Notes: generated from the sequence alone by a model not told the origin. A DNA stretch of 50,786 nucleotides from an uncultured Candidatus Saccharibacteria bacterium (GCA_947307355.1 CAMZIV010000001.1:1-50786); one strand, 5' to 3'; shown: positions 38,075 to 48,399, counted from the stretch's first letter. Numbers and translations: made by a program.

Positions 38075-39115
38075 ATGTCTAAGAAAAAGTTTAAGGTTTC
38101 TTTCCGCACGATTTTGTCGATTGCTACTGTGGGTCTTGTGGGATATGTAGTCTACCAAAACTGGCCAGACATTGTTGAAACTTGGTATCACTTAAGAGAA
38201 GCAAATCTAATTGTACTATTGCTTCTAATCCCAGAACAGTTATTTATGTATTATGCTTGTGGGCAAATTTTCTTTACATATCTTTCGAAAAAAGTTGCAA
38301 AGTTATTTACGAAAAAAGACAAGTTTTTGATTTCTACGGAGCTAAACTTTGTAAATCATGCTGTGCCGGCTGGCGGGCTTGGCGGGCTTGCCTATCTTTC
38401 ATTTAGACTTAAACCGTTTGGAATTACGGCTGGGCAAGCATCATTCCTTTATATTTTCCGCTATGCTGTTACTACAGTTGTAAATTATTTCCAAGCGCTA
38501 ATTGCTATTGTGATTTTGATGGTGCTCGGGCTAATTCCACCAGAAGCCACTTGGATTATTTGGGTATCGCTTCTCATGAATGCGGGTGTGTTTATTGCGC
38601 TTTCAATTATTGTGTTTGTAGCGAGTAGTACAAAACGTATTGGCTTTTTCTCAAGAATTATTTCTGGTTTTGCAAACAGATCTATGAGGATTATTTCTTT
38701 CGGGAGAATCAAAATTCTACTTGAGCCTCAAAAAATCGATGATTATTTTAAAGATATTCACGAGTGTGTGCTGATTGTAAAGAAAGATAAAAAGTCTTTG
38801 AGGCTCCCGGCACTTTGGGGCCTCATATACAGCTTCTTTGAAATTGCAACTTATTGGATAGTGGCAATTTCTTTGGGGCGTCCAGAACTTTTGCCGTTTA
38901 TTTTGGTAGGTGAAGCAATCGGCTCCGTGTTTGATGGTATCGTGCCTTACGGCCTATACGAACTTGGCATGGCTGGCGTGATGATTGCGCTTGGTGTAGA
39001 TTTCCCAACTGCCACAATCGTGACTGTAATGACCCGCGTCTTTACACTTCTGTTTACTATCGCGACTGGTACAGGCCCGTATTACAAAGCTATTAGGAAA
39101 AAAGATGGAAAATGA
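38075..39115 (+). CDS. Lysylphosphatidylglycerol synthase TM / flippase-like (UPF0104) protein
   Basis: Multi-TM; NFVNHAVPAGGLGG, PYGLYELGM, R.FT motifs. Confidence 0.75.
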   Translation: MSKKKFKVSFRTILSIATVGLVGYVVYQNWPDIVETWYHLREANLIVLLLLIPEQLFMYYACGQIFFTYLSKKVAKLFTKKDKFLISTELNFVNHAVPAGGLGGLAYLSFRLKPFGITAGQASFLYIFRYAVTTVVNYFQALIAIVILMVLGLIPPEATWIIWVSLLMNAGVFIALSIIVFVASSTKRIGFFSRIISGFANRSMRIISFGRIKILLEPQKIDDYFKDIHECVLIVKKDKKSLRLPALWGLIYSFFEIATYWIVAISLGRPELLPFILVGEAIGSVFDGIVPYGLYELGMAGVMIALGVDFPTATIVTVMTRVFTLLFTIATGTGPYYKAIRKKDGK

Positions 39116-40196
39116 GGTGTTCACTCCGACTGATTTTGTGTCGGTAGTTAACCAAACTCTAGATTATGCTTATCCGTCTGTGCTCGTTGCTGGTGAAGTA
39201 GCGAGTTTTAAAGTCAATCAGGGAAAGTGGGTTTTCTTTGATATCAAGGATGAAGAAACTAGTGTGCCGTGTTTTATGTCGGTTTATCAATTGCGCGTAC
39301 CGCTTGAAGATGGTATGAAGGTGGTGGTGCGCGGTACACCAAAACTTACGAAGTGGGGAAAGTTTTCTTTTACAGTAAACGCAGTAAAACCGATGGGCGA
39401 GGGAAGCCTGAAAAAAGCTTTTGAACTGTTGAAGAAGAAACTGGGAGATGAAGGTTTGTTTGATCCTGCCAAGAAACGTCCTTTGCCGAAGGATCTGATA
39501 AAACTTGGCGTGATTTCTTCTACGCAGGCGGCGGGCTATGCAGATTTTATTAAGATTTTGAATGCGAGATGGGGCGGAATTAAAGTGCAAGTTGCGCACA
39601 CGCAGGTGCAGGGAATGGATGCGCCGGACCAGATTATTCGGGCGCTGAATTATTTTAATGAGCGTGGCGATGTGCAAGTGATTGCGATTCTTCGTGGTGG
39701 CGGTTCGGCGGATGATTTGTCTTGTTTTAACGATGAGGCTTTGACGCGTGCGATTGCAGCTAGTAAAATTCCAGTGATTACAGGTATTGGACATGAAGTT
39801 GATGAATCCTTGGCGGATTTAGCGGCGGACGTAAGAGCTTCTACGCCTTCTAATGCTGCGGAAATGTTGACGCCAGATCGCGGAGCGATTAAAGAGAATA
39901 TTAATAATACTGTAATTAGAATCAAGAATCTGGTGATTTCAAAAATTGATGCGCGGGTTCGTGATGATGCGGAAAAACTAAATACGATTCGTGATTTGAT
40001 TTTGACAAAACTAGACCAACTTGAATCTCAATTAACTCAAAGAATTAAAGTCCTTGAAGCGATGAATCCAGAAAAAGTTTTGCGTCAAGGATATGCGATT
40101 TTGTCCGGTAAGGTTTCTCCTGGTAGTGTTGTAAAAATTACAACATATGATAAAGAAATTAATGCAGAAATAAAGGATGTTTATGACAGAAAATAA
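39105..40196 (+). CDS. xseA: Exodeoxyribonuclease VII large subunit
   Basis: GEVAS, VQG..A, RGGGS.DDL..FN, TGIGHE.D, STPSNAAE. Confidence 0.97.
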   Translation: MENEVFTPTDFVSVVNQTLDYAYPSVLVAGEVASFKVNQGKWVFFDIKDEETSVPCFMSVYQLRVPLEDGMKVVVRGTPKLTKWGKFSFTVNAVKPMGEGSLKKAFELLKKKLGDEGLFDPAKKRPLPKDLIKLGVISSTQAAGYADFIKILNARWGGIKVQVAHTQVQGMDAPDQIIRALNYFNERGDVQVIAILRGGGSADDLSCFNDEALTRAIAASKIPVITGIGHEVDESLADLAADVRASTPSNAAEMLTPDRGAIKENINNTVIRIKNLVISKIDARVRDDAEKLNTIRDLILTKLDQLESQLTQRIKVLEAMNPEKVLRQGYAILSGKVSPGSVVKITTYDKEINAEIKDVYDRK

Positions 40197-40380
40197 ATCA
40201 CTAAATCAAAAGATTGCTGAACTCGACGAAAAGACCGAATGGTTTTATTCTGAAGATTTCAAGCTAGAGGAAGCGCCAGAAAAATACAAAGAGGCGATCG
40301 CTCTGGCCGAAGATGCTAAGAAAGATCTCGAAGAGCTCAAAAACGAAATCGAAGTTTTGGCTCAAGATTTTACGAAATAG
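40183..40380 (+). CDS. xseB: Exodeoxyribonuclease VII small subunit
   Basis: Small helical ORF overlapping the xseA end; LEEA..KYKEAI.L pattern. Confidence 0.8.
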   Translation: MTENKSLNQKIAELDEKTEWFYSEDFKLEEAPEKYKEAIALAEDAKKDLEELKNEIEVLAQDFTK

Positions 40381-40395
40381 TGTTATAATATGCTT

Positions 40396-41178
40396 ATGGA
40401 TAACTATCAGATGCCGCAAATGCAACCTGCGCAGCCGGTACAGCCGATTCAGACGATGCCGCAAGCAACTATGCCTACAGGTGGTGGTTCGATGGTGGCG
40501 CCAAAGCCAGTTCCAACCGTTCCGGTTGAGAAGAAAGATCACAGTACTTTGATTTTTATTATCGTAATTGTTTTTCTTTCTATTTTGATGCTCACTTTCT
40601 TTGGTTTGTTTGTTTGGAAAATGATGCAATATAACGAAGCGAGTACTGATGTAAATGGCCAGATTGAAGTGGCGGTGGCTGAAGCGAAAGACAAACAAGC
40701 CGCACAACTTGAGCAAGAATTTTTGGAACGCGAAAAATTCCCTTATCGTGATTTTTCTGGTCCGGTAGATTACGGCCAGCTGAGTTTTCAATATCCAAAA
40801 ACCTGGAGCGTATACGTTGCTGCTGATGCCTCAAACGGAGGCGACTTTAAAGCGTATTTCAACCCTATCCAGGTTGATGCAGTTAGTGATAAAACCTTGA
40901 TGGCCCTAAGGGTTACGATTCGTGATAAAGATTTTGAAAGCGTAGTTTCGGAATACAGCAAATATACTAGTGTAAAAAATGCGAAACTTAGTATGCAATC
41001 CGTGACATTTAATGGCATTAATGCCAATAGATATACTGGTACTATTCCTGGTACAGAGTTTAGTGGCTACATTGTAATATTCAAGATTCGCGACAAGACC
41101 GCAATTATTCAAACCGATTCTGTGATGTTTGAGGCGGACTTCAACAAACTTCTAGAGACAGTCCAGTTCAACGCCTAG
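40396..41178 (+). CDS. Hypothetical membrane-anchored protein
   Basis: Pro/Gln-rich N-terminus, TM helix, coiled coil, SFQYPKTW (PsbP-like) domain. Confidence 0.75.
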   Translation: MDNYQMPQMQPAQPVQPIQTMPQATMPTGGGSMVAPKPVPTVPVEKKDHSTLIFIIVIVFLSILMLTFFGLFVWKMMQYNEASTDVNGQIEVAVAEAKDKQAAQLEQEFLEREKFPYRDFSGPVDYGQLSFQYPKTWSVYVAADASNGGDFKAYFNPIQVDAVSDKTLMALRVTIRDKDFESVVSEYSKYTSVKNAKLSMQSVTFNGINANRYTGTIPGTEFSGYIVIFKIRDKTAIIQTDSVMFEADFNKLLETVQFNA

Positions 41179-41197
41179 ATTGTGTTATAATGGGGGC

Positions 41198-41884
41198 ATG
41201 GAGATGGAGGTAAATGGCATTCTGGTGGCGGCGCACGAACTAAAAGCGCCAATCGCTGTGATGCGGCAGCTTGCCTTTTCTCTTGATGGTTTGGATGAAC
41301 ATGGCGAAGAGATTCGCTCTGAAATGATCAAAGTTTCTGAGCGCGCAATTAAACAAGTAAATGATTTGGTGAAAATTCGTCGGCTCGAAGAAGGCTTGTT
41401 TGAAATGGAGCCGGTGGCGGTTCGTGCTGTATGCGACGATGTGGCTAGTGAACTGAACTATTTGTTTAGAGAAAATAAGAAAACTTTGAAGATTAATTAT
41501 AAAAACCGCGCGAGACTGGTGGTGGCGAATCGCGATTTGTTACATAGCGTGATTTATAATTTTCTTTTGAATGCAATTCATTATTCGGATTCGGAAACAA
41601 GTTCTGAATTAACCGTGAATGAAAAACACGGCAAAGTGATGATCTCAGTACGAGATTTTGGACCGGCTTTGCCAAGTGATGTGTGGCGCGAGATGAAACG
41701 AGGATTCGTAGAAAAGCCACTTTCGATTGCGATGCGCCCGGGCTCGTCTGGGTTGGGGCTTTATATTGCATCTAAATTCTCGCGATATATGCACGCTAAT
41801 GTGGGGGCGGTAAGACATCGCGATGGTACGACATTCTATGTGGAAGTTCCGGTGAGTCGACAAGCAAGTTTGTTTGGAGGTTAG
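41198..41884 (+). CDS. Histidine kinase without sensor domain
   Basis: AHELKAP H-box, NAIHYS N-box, RDFG, SGLGL. Confidence 0.88.
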   Translation: MEMEVNGILVAAHELKAPIAVMRQLAFSLDGLDEHGEEIRSEMIKVSERAIKQVNDLVKIRRLEEGLFEMEPVAVRAVCDDVASELNYLFRENKKTLKINYKNRARLVVANRDLLHSVIYNFLLNAIHYSDSETSSELTVNEKHGKVMISVRDFGPALPSDVWREMKRGFVEKPLSIAMRPGSSGLGLYIASKFSRYMHANVGAVRHRDGTTFYVEVPVSRQASLFGG

Positions 41885-42229
41885 ATGATTTTTGTAATTG
41901 ACGATGATCTTGTGATGGCAAAATGCATTGCGGACGCAGCAAAAAAAGAAACGCGGATTTTTTCAAATGCGATTGAAGCGATGCATGTATTGGACGAGGA
42001 ATTGCCCGAGCTGATTTTTTTGGATATTCTTTTGACGGGTCCGGATGGCTTTACTTTTCTAAACGAAATGGTTTCTTATTCTGACACTGCGGCGATTCCA
42101 ATTGTGGTGGTGAGCTCGTTGGATTTTTCAGGCAAAAACTTGAGTGCGTATGGTGTGGTGGGGTATTTAAGTAAAGACACAATGACGCCGGCAGAAATCA
42201 AAGGATACGCGGATAAATATGCAAAATAA
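41885..42229 (+). CDS. Single-domain response regulator
   Basis: VIDDD, FLDILL..PDG, VVSS, YLSK. Confidence 0.88.
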   Translation: MIFVIDDDLVMAKCIADAAKKETRIFSNAIEAMHVLDEELPELIFLDILLTGPDGFTFLNEMVSYSDTAAIPIVVVSSLDFSGKNLSAYGVVGYLSKDTMTPAEIKGYADKYAK

Positions 42230-42896
42230 AGATATTCGAACTAATGCATATGTGCTTCGGCGAACTAATTATGGTGAGGCGGATAGAATTTTGAATTTGA
42301 TTACGCCGCTTGGCAAAATTTTGGCAATCGCCAAAAGTGTGAGAAAAGAAAAATCAAAACTGGCTGGCAGTGTAGAGATGTTTTCACTGATTGATGTTAA
42401 TATCCATCAAGGTAAAAGTGAATTTGGTGTGATCACGAGTGCAAAAATGATACGGTTTTATGACAAGATTATTTGTGACCTTTCTAAAATGGAACTGGCG
42501 GCGTTTGTTTTAAAAAAGATTAGTGTGGCGGCAGAACATTCGGACAATCCGGAATTTTTTAAAATCACAGACCAAGTTTTGTCTGCGATAAACGATGGGG
42601 TTAGTTTGGAACTAGTGGAGGTGTGGTTTTTGTTAAATTATCTTCGGGCTTCGGGCGAACAAGTGAATTTGTATCGTGATACGGACGGGGATTTGCTCAC
42701 GCCGGATGGTGAATACGAATGGGATTTTGGTGATGATGCATTAATGAAACGAGCAGGTGGGCGAATCTCTGGCAATGAAATCAAAATGATGAGACTAATG
42801 ATTTCGACAAAGCTTCTTACGTCTACTAAAGTTAAAGGTTCTGAAAAAATGATACCTTTGATTTTGCATATTGCGCGAGGTTTGAATAAACTATAG
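42219..42896 (+). CDS. recO: DNA repair protein RecO
   Basis: VLRRTNYGEADRIL..T..GKI.AIAK.VRK.KSKL. Confidence 0.92.
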   Translation: MQNKDIRTNAYVLRRTNYGEADRILNLITPLGKILAIAKSVRKEKSKLAGSVEMFSLIDVNIHQGKSEFGVITSAKMIRFYDKIICDLSKMELAAFVLKKISVAAEHSDNPEFFKITDQVLSAINDGVSLELVEVWFLLNYLRASGEQVNLYRDTDGDLLTPDGEYEWDFGDDALMKRAGGRISGNEIKMMRLMISTKLLTSTKVKGSEKMIPLILHIARGLNKL

Positions 42897-42928
42897 TTTT
42901 TATGGTAAAATTAGACAAAGGAGAAAAA

Positions 42929-43426
42929 ATGAAAGAGAAAAAACGGATTATTAACGGAAAAACTGTTTTTAGTGTTTTTATTGTATTACTGTTGATTGCT
43001 GTGGTTACCACTTTGTTTTTTATGAATAGGGTTACCTATGATGACGATTATTTTGTGACTGATGATACAAAAATTGTATTGTCGATGGATGCTAAGACGA
43101 CTGGTTTTGAAGATAGTAAATATGTGCCACCAATTACGCACGTTGTGTATTATTATTCTGGCGATGAGATTACCGGCGTAAAAGTATTTTATGAATACAA
43201 AGACAACGAAGTGGCCAGAAAAGCCAACGAAAAAATTTCGATGGACGGCAAAGACTGGGCAAATAGTAAAGCGCTTAATGGCAAATATATTATATTTAGT
43301 ATGAACAAGGATGAGTATGAGGGTGTGACTGCAACTGATACGCGTGAGTCGGTAAAAAGTATTATGGGGGATGAGGAATTCGACCGGGAAAGTTGTTTTT
43401 ACTACGGCTACAATGGCGAAGACTAA
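42929..43426 (+). CDS. Hypothetical membrane-anchored protein
   Basis: SD AGGAG before ATG 42929; single N-terminal TM. Confidence 0.75.
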   Translation: MKEKKRIINGKTVFSVFIVLLLIAVVTTLFFMNRVTYDDDYFVTDDTKIVLSMDAKTTGFEDSKYVPPITHVVYYYSGDEITGVKVFYEYKDNEVARKANEKISMDGKDWANSKALNGKYIIFSMNKDEYEGVTATDTRESVKSIMGDEEFDRESCFYYGYNGED

Positions 43427-43460
43427 TGTGATATAATTATCTGATAAAAAGGAGAAATAA

Positions 43461-43991
43461 ATGGCAGACTTTAATAAAGTTTTGACCCCGGGGGACTATG
43501 AAAACGGTGAACTAAATGTAGTAATTGAAATCCCAACTGGTTCTAACCACAAGATTGAGTGGGACCGTGAACACGCTTGCTTTATGCTAGATCGCGTTGA
43601 GCCAATGGCTTTCGCAAAACCATGCAACTATGGTTTTATTCCACAAACTATCGATGAGGATGGTGATGAACTTGATGTTCTCATGATCACTGACCAACCA
43701 CTTACTACTGGTATTTGGATGAAAGCTAAAATTCTTGGTGTAATGAAGTTTGTTGATGGTGGTGAAGTTGATGATAAAATTATTTGTGTTCCTGCAGATG
43801 ATCGCAACAACGGTGACTGCTACAATTCTCTCGAAGATTTGCCAAAGCAGACTATTAAACAAATTGAATTCCACTTCAATCATTACAAAGATCTTAAGAA
43901 GCCTGGTACTACTGAAGTTAAAGCATTCGAAGGTATCGACGAAGCTAAGAAAGTTATTGCTGACGCAATTGAACGTTGGAATAACAAGTAA
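43461..43991 (+). CDS. ppa: Inorganic pyrophosphatase (family I)
   Basis: IEIP.GS..K.E, NYGFIPQT..DGDELDV, D.KII, HYKDL. Confidence 0.96.
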   Translation: MADFNKVLTPGDYENGELNVVIEIPTGSNHKIEWDREHACFMLDRVEPMAFAKPCNYGFIPQTIDEDGDELDVLMITDQPLTTGIWMKAKILGVMKFVDGGEVDDKIICVPADDRNNGDCYNSLEDLPKQTIKQIEFHFNHYKDLKKPGTTEVKAFEGIDEAKKVIADAIERWNNK

Positions 43992-43994
43992 ATA

Positions 43995-44022
43995 AAAAAT
44001 ACCCCCGAAAGGGGGTATTTTT
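43995..44022. terminator. Bidirectional terminator between ppa and glyQS
   Basis: AAAAATACCCCC-GAAA-GGGGGTATTTTT. Confidence 0.9.
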
Positions 44023-44028
44023 GTTTGC

Positions 44029-45363
44029 TTATAGTTCGTTAATTGAAACGCGTGTTTGTTCGGTAGTATCGCGATCGCGGACGGTGACAGTATTGTCTTC
44101 TAATGTATCGAAGTCGATCACGACACACTTTGGTGTACCGATTTCGTCTTGCTTGCGGTAGCGTTTGCCGATGTTGCCGGAATCGTCCCAAGTGACATTA
44201 ACGTATTTTTTGCGAAGTATTTCGTAGACTTCTTTGGCTTTTGCGACGAGTTCTGGCTTGTTTTTAAGCAGTGGGGAAACACAGAATCTGTATGGGGCAA
44301 GGTTTTCTGGGAGTTTCAACACTACGCGTTTTTCGCCGTTTACTTCGTCTTCTGTATAAGCAGTAGAAAGTACGGCAAGCACCAAGCGTTCTACGCCAAT
44401 GGATGGCTCGATTACGTGTGGTACGAATGCTTCGCCGGTAACTTTATCGCGATAGTCCATGGATTTGCCGGATTCACGAGCAATGTTTGTAAGGTCGAAA
44501 TCGGTGCGGTAAGCTAGACCCATAAGCTCTTCTTCACCGTTTGGATAATTGAACATAAAATCTACGGTGCGTTTGCTGTAATGAGCGCGGTCTTCTGGTG
44601 CAACTTCTAGGTGGTTGATATTGCCGAGGTCTAGACCCATGCGATTCTTAAAGAAATCGTCGCAGGCTTGATACATTTTTTCGAATTCAGCCTCCCAATT
44701 GTCTGGGCGAACGAAATATTCAATTTCCATTTGTGAACATTCGCGGTCGCGAAGAATAAAGTCGCGAGGACTAATTTCGTTTCTAAAAGCCTTACCTTGT
44801 TGAGCAAGACCAAATGGGATATCTGGATAAATTGTGTCGACGATATTTTTGTAATTAGTGAAAATACCTTGGGCAGTTTCTGGGCGAAGATATGCGATAT
44901 TTTTTTCGGCGATTTCAGCATCGTCGTCTGGGAGCACTGCGCCAACATGGGTGGTGAACATCATGTTAAACTTGCGAATTGGCCCCCAATTTTCTTTACC
45001 ACAAACTGGGCACTTAGTGTGAGTGGCCAAAAATTCTTCGGTGGTGACAGACTCAGAAATGCCGTCGGCAATTTTGTCAGCGCGGAAACGAGATTTGCAT
45101 TCTTTGCATTCTACGAGTGGGTCGGCAAAAGTGGCGGTGTGGCCAGAAGCGACCCAAGTGCGAGGGTTCATTAAAATAGCCGCGTCGACGCCATAAATAT
45201 CATCACGGGATTCTACAAAGTAGTCCCACCATTCGTCCATAATTTTTTTCTTGAGGGCGACGCCAAGTGGACCAAAGTCCCAAGTACCGGCGAAGCCACC
45301 GTAAACATCAGAGCCAGGGAATATAAAACCACGGCGTTTGCATAAGCTAATTATTTCTTCCAT
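44029..45363 (-). CDS. glyQS: Glycyl-tRNA synthetase (homodimeric type)
   Basis: LCKRRGF, YLRPETAQG, FRNEISP, AHYS, PHVIEPS.G. Confidence 0.97.
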   Translation of the reverse strand: MEEIISLCKRRGFIFPGSDVYGGFAGTWDFGPLGVALKKKIMDEWWDYFVESRDDIYGVDAAILMNPRTWVASGHTATFADPLVECKECKSRFRADKIADGISESVTTEEFLATHTKCPVCGKENWGPIRKFNMMFTTHVGAVLPDDDAEIAEKNIAYLRPETAQGIFTNYKNIVDTIYPDIPFGLAQQGKAFRNEISPRDFILRDRECSQMEIEYFVRPDNWEAEFEKMYQACDDFFKNRMGLDLGNINHLEVAPEDRAHYSKRTVDFMFNYPNGEEELMGLAYRTDFDLTNIARESGKSMDYRDKVTGEAFVPHVIEPSIGVERLVLAVLSTAYTEDEVNGEKRVVLKLPENLAPYRFCVSPLLKNKPELVAKAKEVYEILRKKYVNVTWDDSGNIGKRYRKQDEIGTPKCVVIDFDTLEDNTVTVRDRDTTEQTRVSINEL

Positions 45364-45380
45364 GCTATAATTATATCATG
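45361..45380. promoter_or_regulatory. Overlapping divergent -10 elements for two leaderless genes
   Basis: CATGCTATAATTATATCATG: TATAAT 6 nt before ATG on both strands. Confidence 0.75.
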
Positions 45381-47153
45381 AAACAAGATAAAAAGTCCGG
45401 AAGCGTAAAGCGGACGCTATACTATTTTTGGAAAGCGTTGATGCAATACAAGTTGCGAACTTTTTTGACACTTCTTTTGGTGCCAGTCTGGATTTTTATT
45501 TCTAATGTGGTGGTGCCATATGGCACTTCGCAAATTGTAGGAAAAATCTCGGAAGGTGATTTTGAATTCGCAAATTATGTAGGGATACTTCTTGCGACTT
45601 TGATCCCGTCCGCAATCAATACTATATTTATAATTCGTGCGATTGACTGGCTAGACTGGTCGCTCGATGCGCTTGGTGGCGAGTATTTGTCTAAACTTGC
45701 ATTCGATGCAGTTATTAAACAGTCCATGACTTTTCATAACAATAGATTTTCTGGGTCGTTGACGAGTGCAGCAAATAAGTTACCAAGTGCATTTATCGGA
45801 CTGAAATCTGGTTTTATATGGGATATTTATCCGCTACTTTTGACGGTAATATTTTCAATTGGCGTGTCTGCGATTGTGTGTTGGCAGTTTGCGCTTGTGC
45901 TGTTTGTTTACGTTTCCATTTATATGACAGTTGCGATTACTACTTATTATAAGACTCGACACTTCGATGAAGATTTGGCTGACGCCGAAAACAAGCAGAC
46001 TGGCCAGCTGGCAGATTCGATTACGAACGTGATGAGCGTAAAATCCTATGCGCGTGAAGGTTTTGAAAGAGGTAGGTTTAGCAAAGCTACCGCTAGGGTT
46101 AGAACTGCTACTTTTGGCGTGGCAAAAGTTTCGTTTTGGCGAAATCTTTCGATGAACACTGTGAATACTACAACTTTTGTAGGACTTTTGGTTCTAGTAA
46201 TAATGAGCCACAATTTGTTTGGTTTGGAACTAGCTGGTGTTGTATTTATTTATTCATTGGCAAATTCACTTCTAAACAATGTCTGGACGATTAACCATAT
46301 TCTCCGTAATATTAATAAAAACTTAGGCAATGCCAAAGAGATGGTAGCGATTTTGGATATGCCATATATTATTGATGATAAAACTGACAAAGTTCTAGAA
46401 GTGAGTGATGCAAAAATTGAATTTTGCCGTGTTGGCTTTACTCACGAAAAACAAAAAGAAAAGTTGTTTTCTGATTTTAACCTTGAAATTGAGCCGGGGC
46501 AGAGTGTGGGGCTTGTGGGTGTGTCTGGTTCTGGTAAATCTACTCTTACTAAGTTGCTACTTAGATTTGACGATGTGAGAAGCGGTGCAATTTATATTGA
46601 TAACCAAGATATTCGCGATGTCACACAAAAGAGTCTGCGTGAGGCGATTGCGTATGTGCCACAGGAATCTTCACTTTTCCATCGTTCGATTTTTGAAAAC
46701 ATTGCTTATGGGCGCCCGGACGCTACGGATGAAGAAGTGTTTGAAGCAGCAAGGCTTGCGAATGCGGATGAGTTTATTGACCAACTTCCAGACAAATATG
46801 ACACACTTGTGGGTGAGCGTGGTGTGAAACTTTCTGGTGGGCAAAGACAAAGAATTGCAATTGCACGTGCGATTTTGAAAGATGCTCCGATTTTAGTACT
46901 CGATGAGGCTACTTCCGCGCTCGATTCTGAATCTGAAGCGGCAATTCAGGGTGCGCTTTCTAATTTGATGGAAGGCAGAACTTCGATTGTGGTGGCACAT
47001 CGTTTGTCTACGATTGCTGGGCTGGACAAAATCGTCGTATTGAATGATGGGAAAATAATTGAGTCTGGTACCCACAAAGAACTTCTTAATAAAAATGGAG
47101 AGTATGCCAAACTCTGGAATCGCCAAAGCGGATCATTCTTAGAAACGGAGTAG
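45378..47153 (+). CDS. ABC exporter, fused permease/ATPase
   Basis: TM domain; GVSGSGKST, LSGGQRQR, LVLDEATSALD, AHRLST. Confidence 0.95.
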   Translation: MKQDKKSGSVKRTLYYFWKALMQYKLRTFLTLLLVPVWIFISNVVVPYGTSQIVGKISEGDFEFANYVGILLATLIPSAINTIFIIRAIDWLDWSLDALGGEYLSKLAFDAVIKQSMTFHNNRFSGSLTSAANKLPSAFIGLKSGFIWDIYPLLLTVIFSIGVSAIVCWQFALVLFVYVSIYMTVAITTYYKTRHFDEDLADAENKQTGQLADSITNVMSVKSYAREGFERGRFSKATARVRTATFGVAKVSFWRNLSMNTVNTTTFVGLLVLVIMSHNLFGLELAGVVFIYSLANSLLNNVWTINHILRNINKNLGNAKEMVAILDMPYIIDDKTDKVLEVSDAKIEFCRVGFTHEKQKEKLFSDFNLEIEPGQSVGLVGVSGSGKSTLTKLLLRFDDVRSGAIYIDNQDIRDVTQKSLREAIAYVPQESSLFHRSIFENIAYGRPDATDEEVFEAARLANADEFIDQLPDKYDTLVGERGVKLSGGQRQRIAIARAILKDAPILVLDEATSALDSESEAAIQGALSNLMEGRTSIVVAHRLSTIAGLDKIVVLNDGKIIESGTHKELLNKNGEYAKLWNRQSGSFLETE

Positions 47154-47218
47154 AAACTAAGTCGAAGGAGAGTAAAGCTTGGGCTAGCGCCCTTGAGCGC
47201 TCTCCTGAGACTTAGTTT
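47154..47218. repeat. Palindromic element between convergent genes
   Basis: AAACTAAGTC/GACTTAGTTT arms, AGGAGAG/CTCTCCT inner stem, GGGC-TAGC-GCCC. Confidence 0.65.
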
Positions 47219-48399
47219 ATGCTCCCCTTAAAAATTTTTTCGTTTTTAATTTTGTCTGGTAAATAGTTTTTGTCTAGATGGAAGCCAGAGGTCCACTGTT
47301 GGCCTTTGCCGTAGCCGAGATCTTTCATGAGTTTGGTTGGAGCATTTCTAAGCCAAGTCGGAACAGGTTCGTTCATGGTGCTTTTTGCGATGTCGAGAGC
47401 TTTAAACCAAGCATCGGCGGAGTCGCGATTCTTTTTAGATTTAGACAAAGCAATACATGTATGAGCAAGGATGAGGCCAGATTCTGGCATACCTACACGC
47501 TCTACAGCTTGGAAACAAGCGGTGGCAAGGCTGAGTGCGCCATTCCCGGCGAGTCCAATATCTTCAGATGCAAAAATTACCATGCGGCGCGCAATGAATT
47601 TTGGGTCTTCGCCAGCTTGAACCATGCGGGCAAGGTAATAAAGTGCCGCATCGGTGTCTGAGCCGCGCATCGATTTAATGAATGCAGAAATTGTATCGTA
47701 GTGGTTGTCGCCTTTTTTGTCGTATCCAGGCATTTTGCGGCCGGCTGCTTCCATTACAACGTTTTCATCAATTTTTTCGGACAAAGATAAAGCGAGTTCT
47801 AGGTCGCCAAGTGCGGAGCGGGCGTCGCCGCCAGATAATTCGGCGAGTAGATCAATTGCTTTTTTACTAACGCGCTTGGTGGCTTTTTCGGTTTTAATGG
47901 CGCGCTTAATCACTTCTATGATGGCGTCTTTTGAAAGCGGGGAAATAACCACGACTCGTGAGCGGGAAAGTAGTGGGGAAATAACTTCAAAGGAAGGGTT
48001 TTCGGTGGTGGCGCCGATTAAAGTGATAAGACCTGATTCGACGTGCGGTAAAAATGCGTCTTGTTGAGCTTTGTTGAATCTATGAATTTCATCTACAAAT
48101 AGTACGGTGCGAATTTTTAGGTTCCAGTTGGTTTTGGCGCGGGCAACTACTTCTTCAATATCTTTTTTGCCGGATGTTACAGCGGAAATTTCGATAAAGT
48201 CGGCTTTAAACTCGTTTGCAAGAATGCGAGCAAGAGTAGTTTTGCCAGTGCCCGGAGGTCCCCAGAAAATCAAATTTACCGGCTCGCCTTTTTTGACGAT
48301 TTCGGTCAAGATTTTGCCCTCGCCAATAATCTCGGATTGGCCAAGCACTTCGGATAATTTGGTTGGGCGCATACGCTCTGCTAGAGGGACTCTATTCAT
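47212..48399 (-). CDS. rarA: Replication-associated recombination protein A (MgsA/RarA)
   Basis: PLAERMRP, WGPPGTGKTT, DEIHRFNKAQQD, SAFIKSMRGSD, SEDIGLA. Confidence 0.96.
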   Translation of the reverse strand: MNRVPLAERMRPTKLSEVLGQSEIIGEGKILTEIVKKGEPVNLIFWGPPGTGKTTLARILANEFKADFIEISAVTSGKKDIEEVVARAKTNWNLKIRTVLFVDEIHRFNKAQQDAFLPHVESGLITLIGATTENPSFEVISPLLSRSRVVVISPLSKDAIIEVIKRAIKTEKATKRVSKKAIDLLAELSGGDARSALGDLELALSLSEKIDENVVMEAAGRKMPGYDKKGDNHYDTISAFIKSMRGSDTDAALYYLARMVQAGEDPKFIARRMVIFASEDIGLAGNGALSLATACFQAVERVGMPESGLILAHTCIALSKSKKNRDSADAWFKALDIAKSTMNEPVPTWLRNAPTKLMKDLGYGKGQQWTSGFHLDKNYLPDKIKNEKIFKGSIN

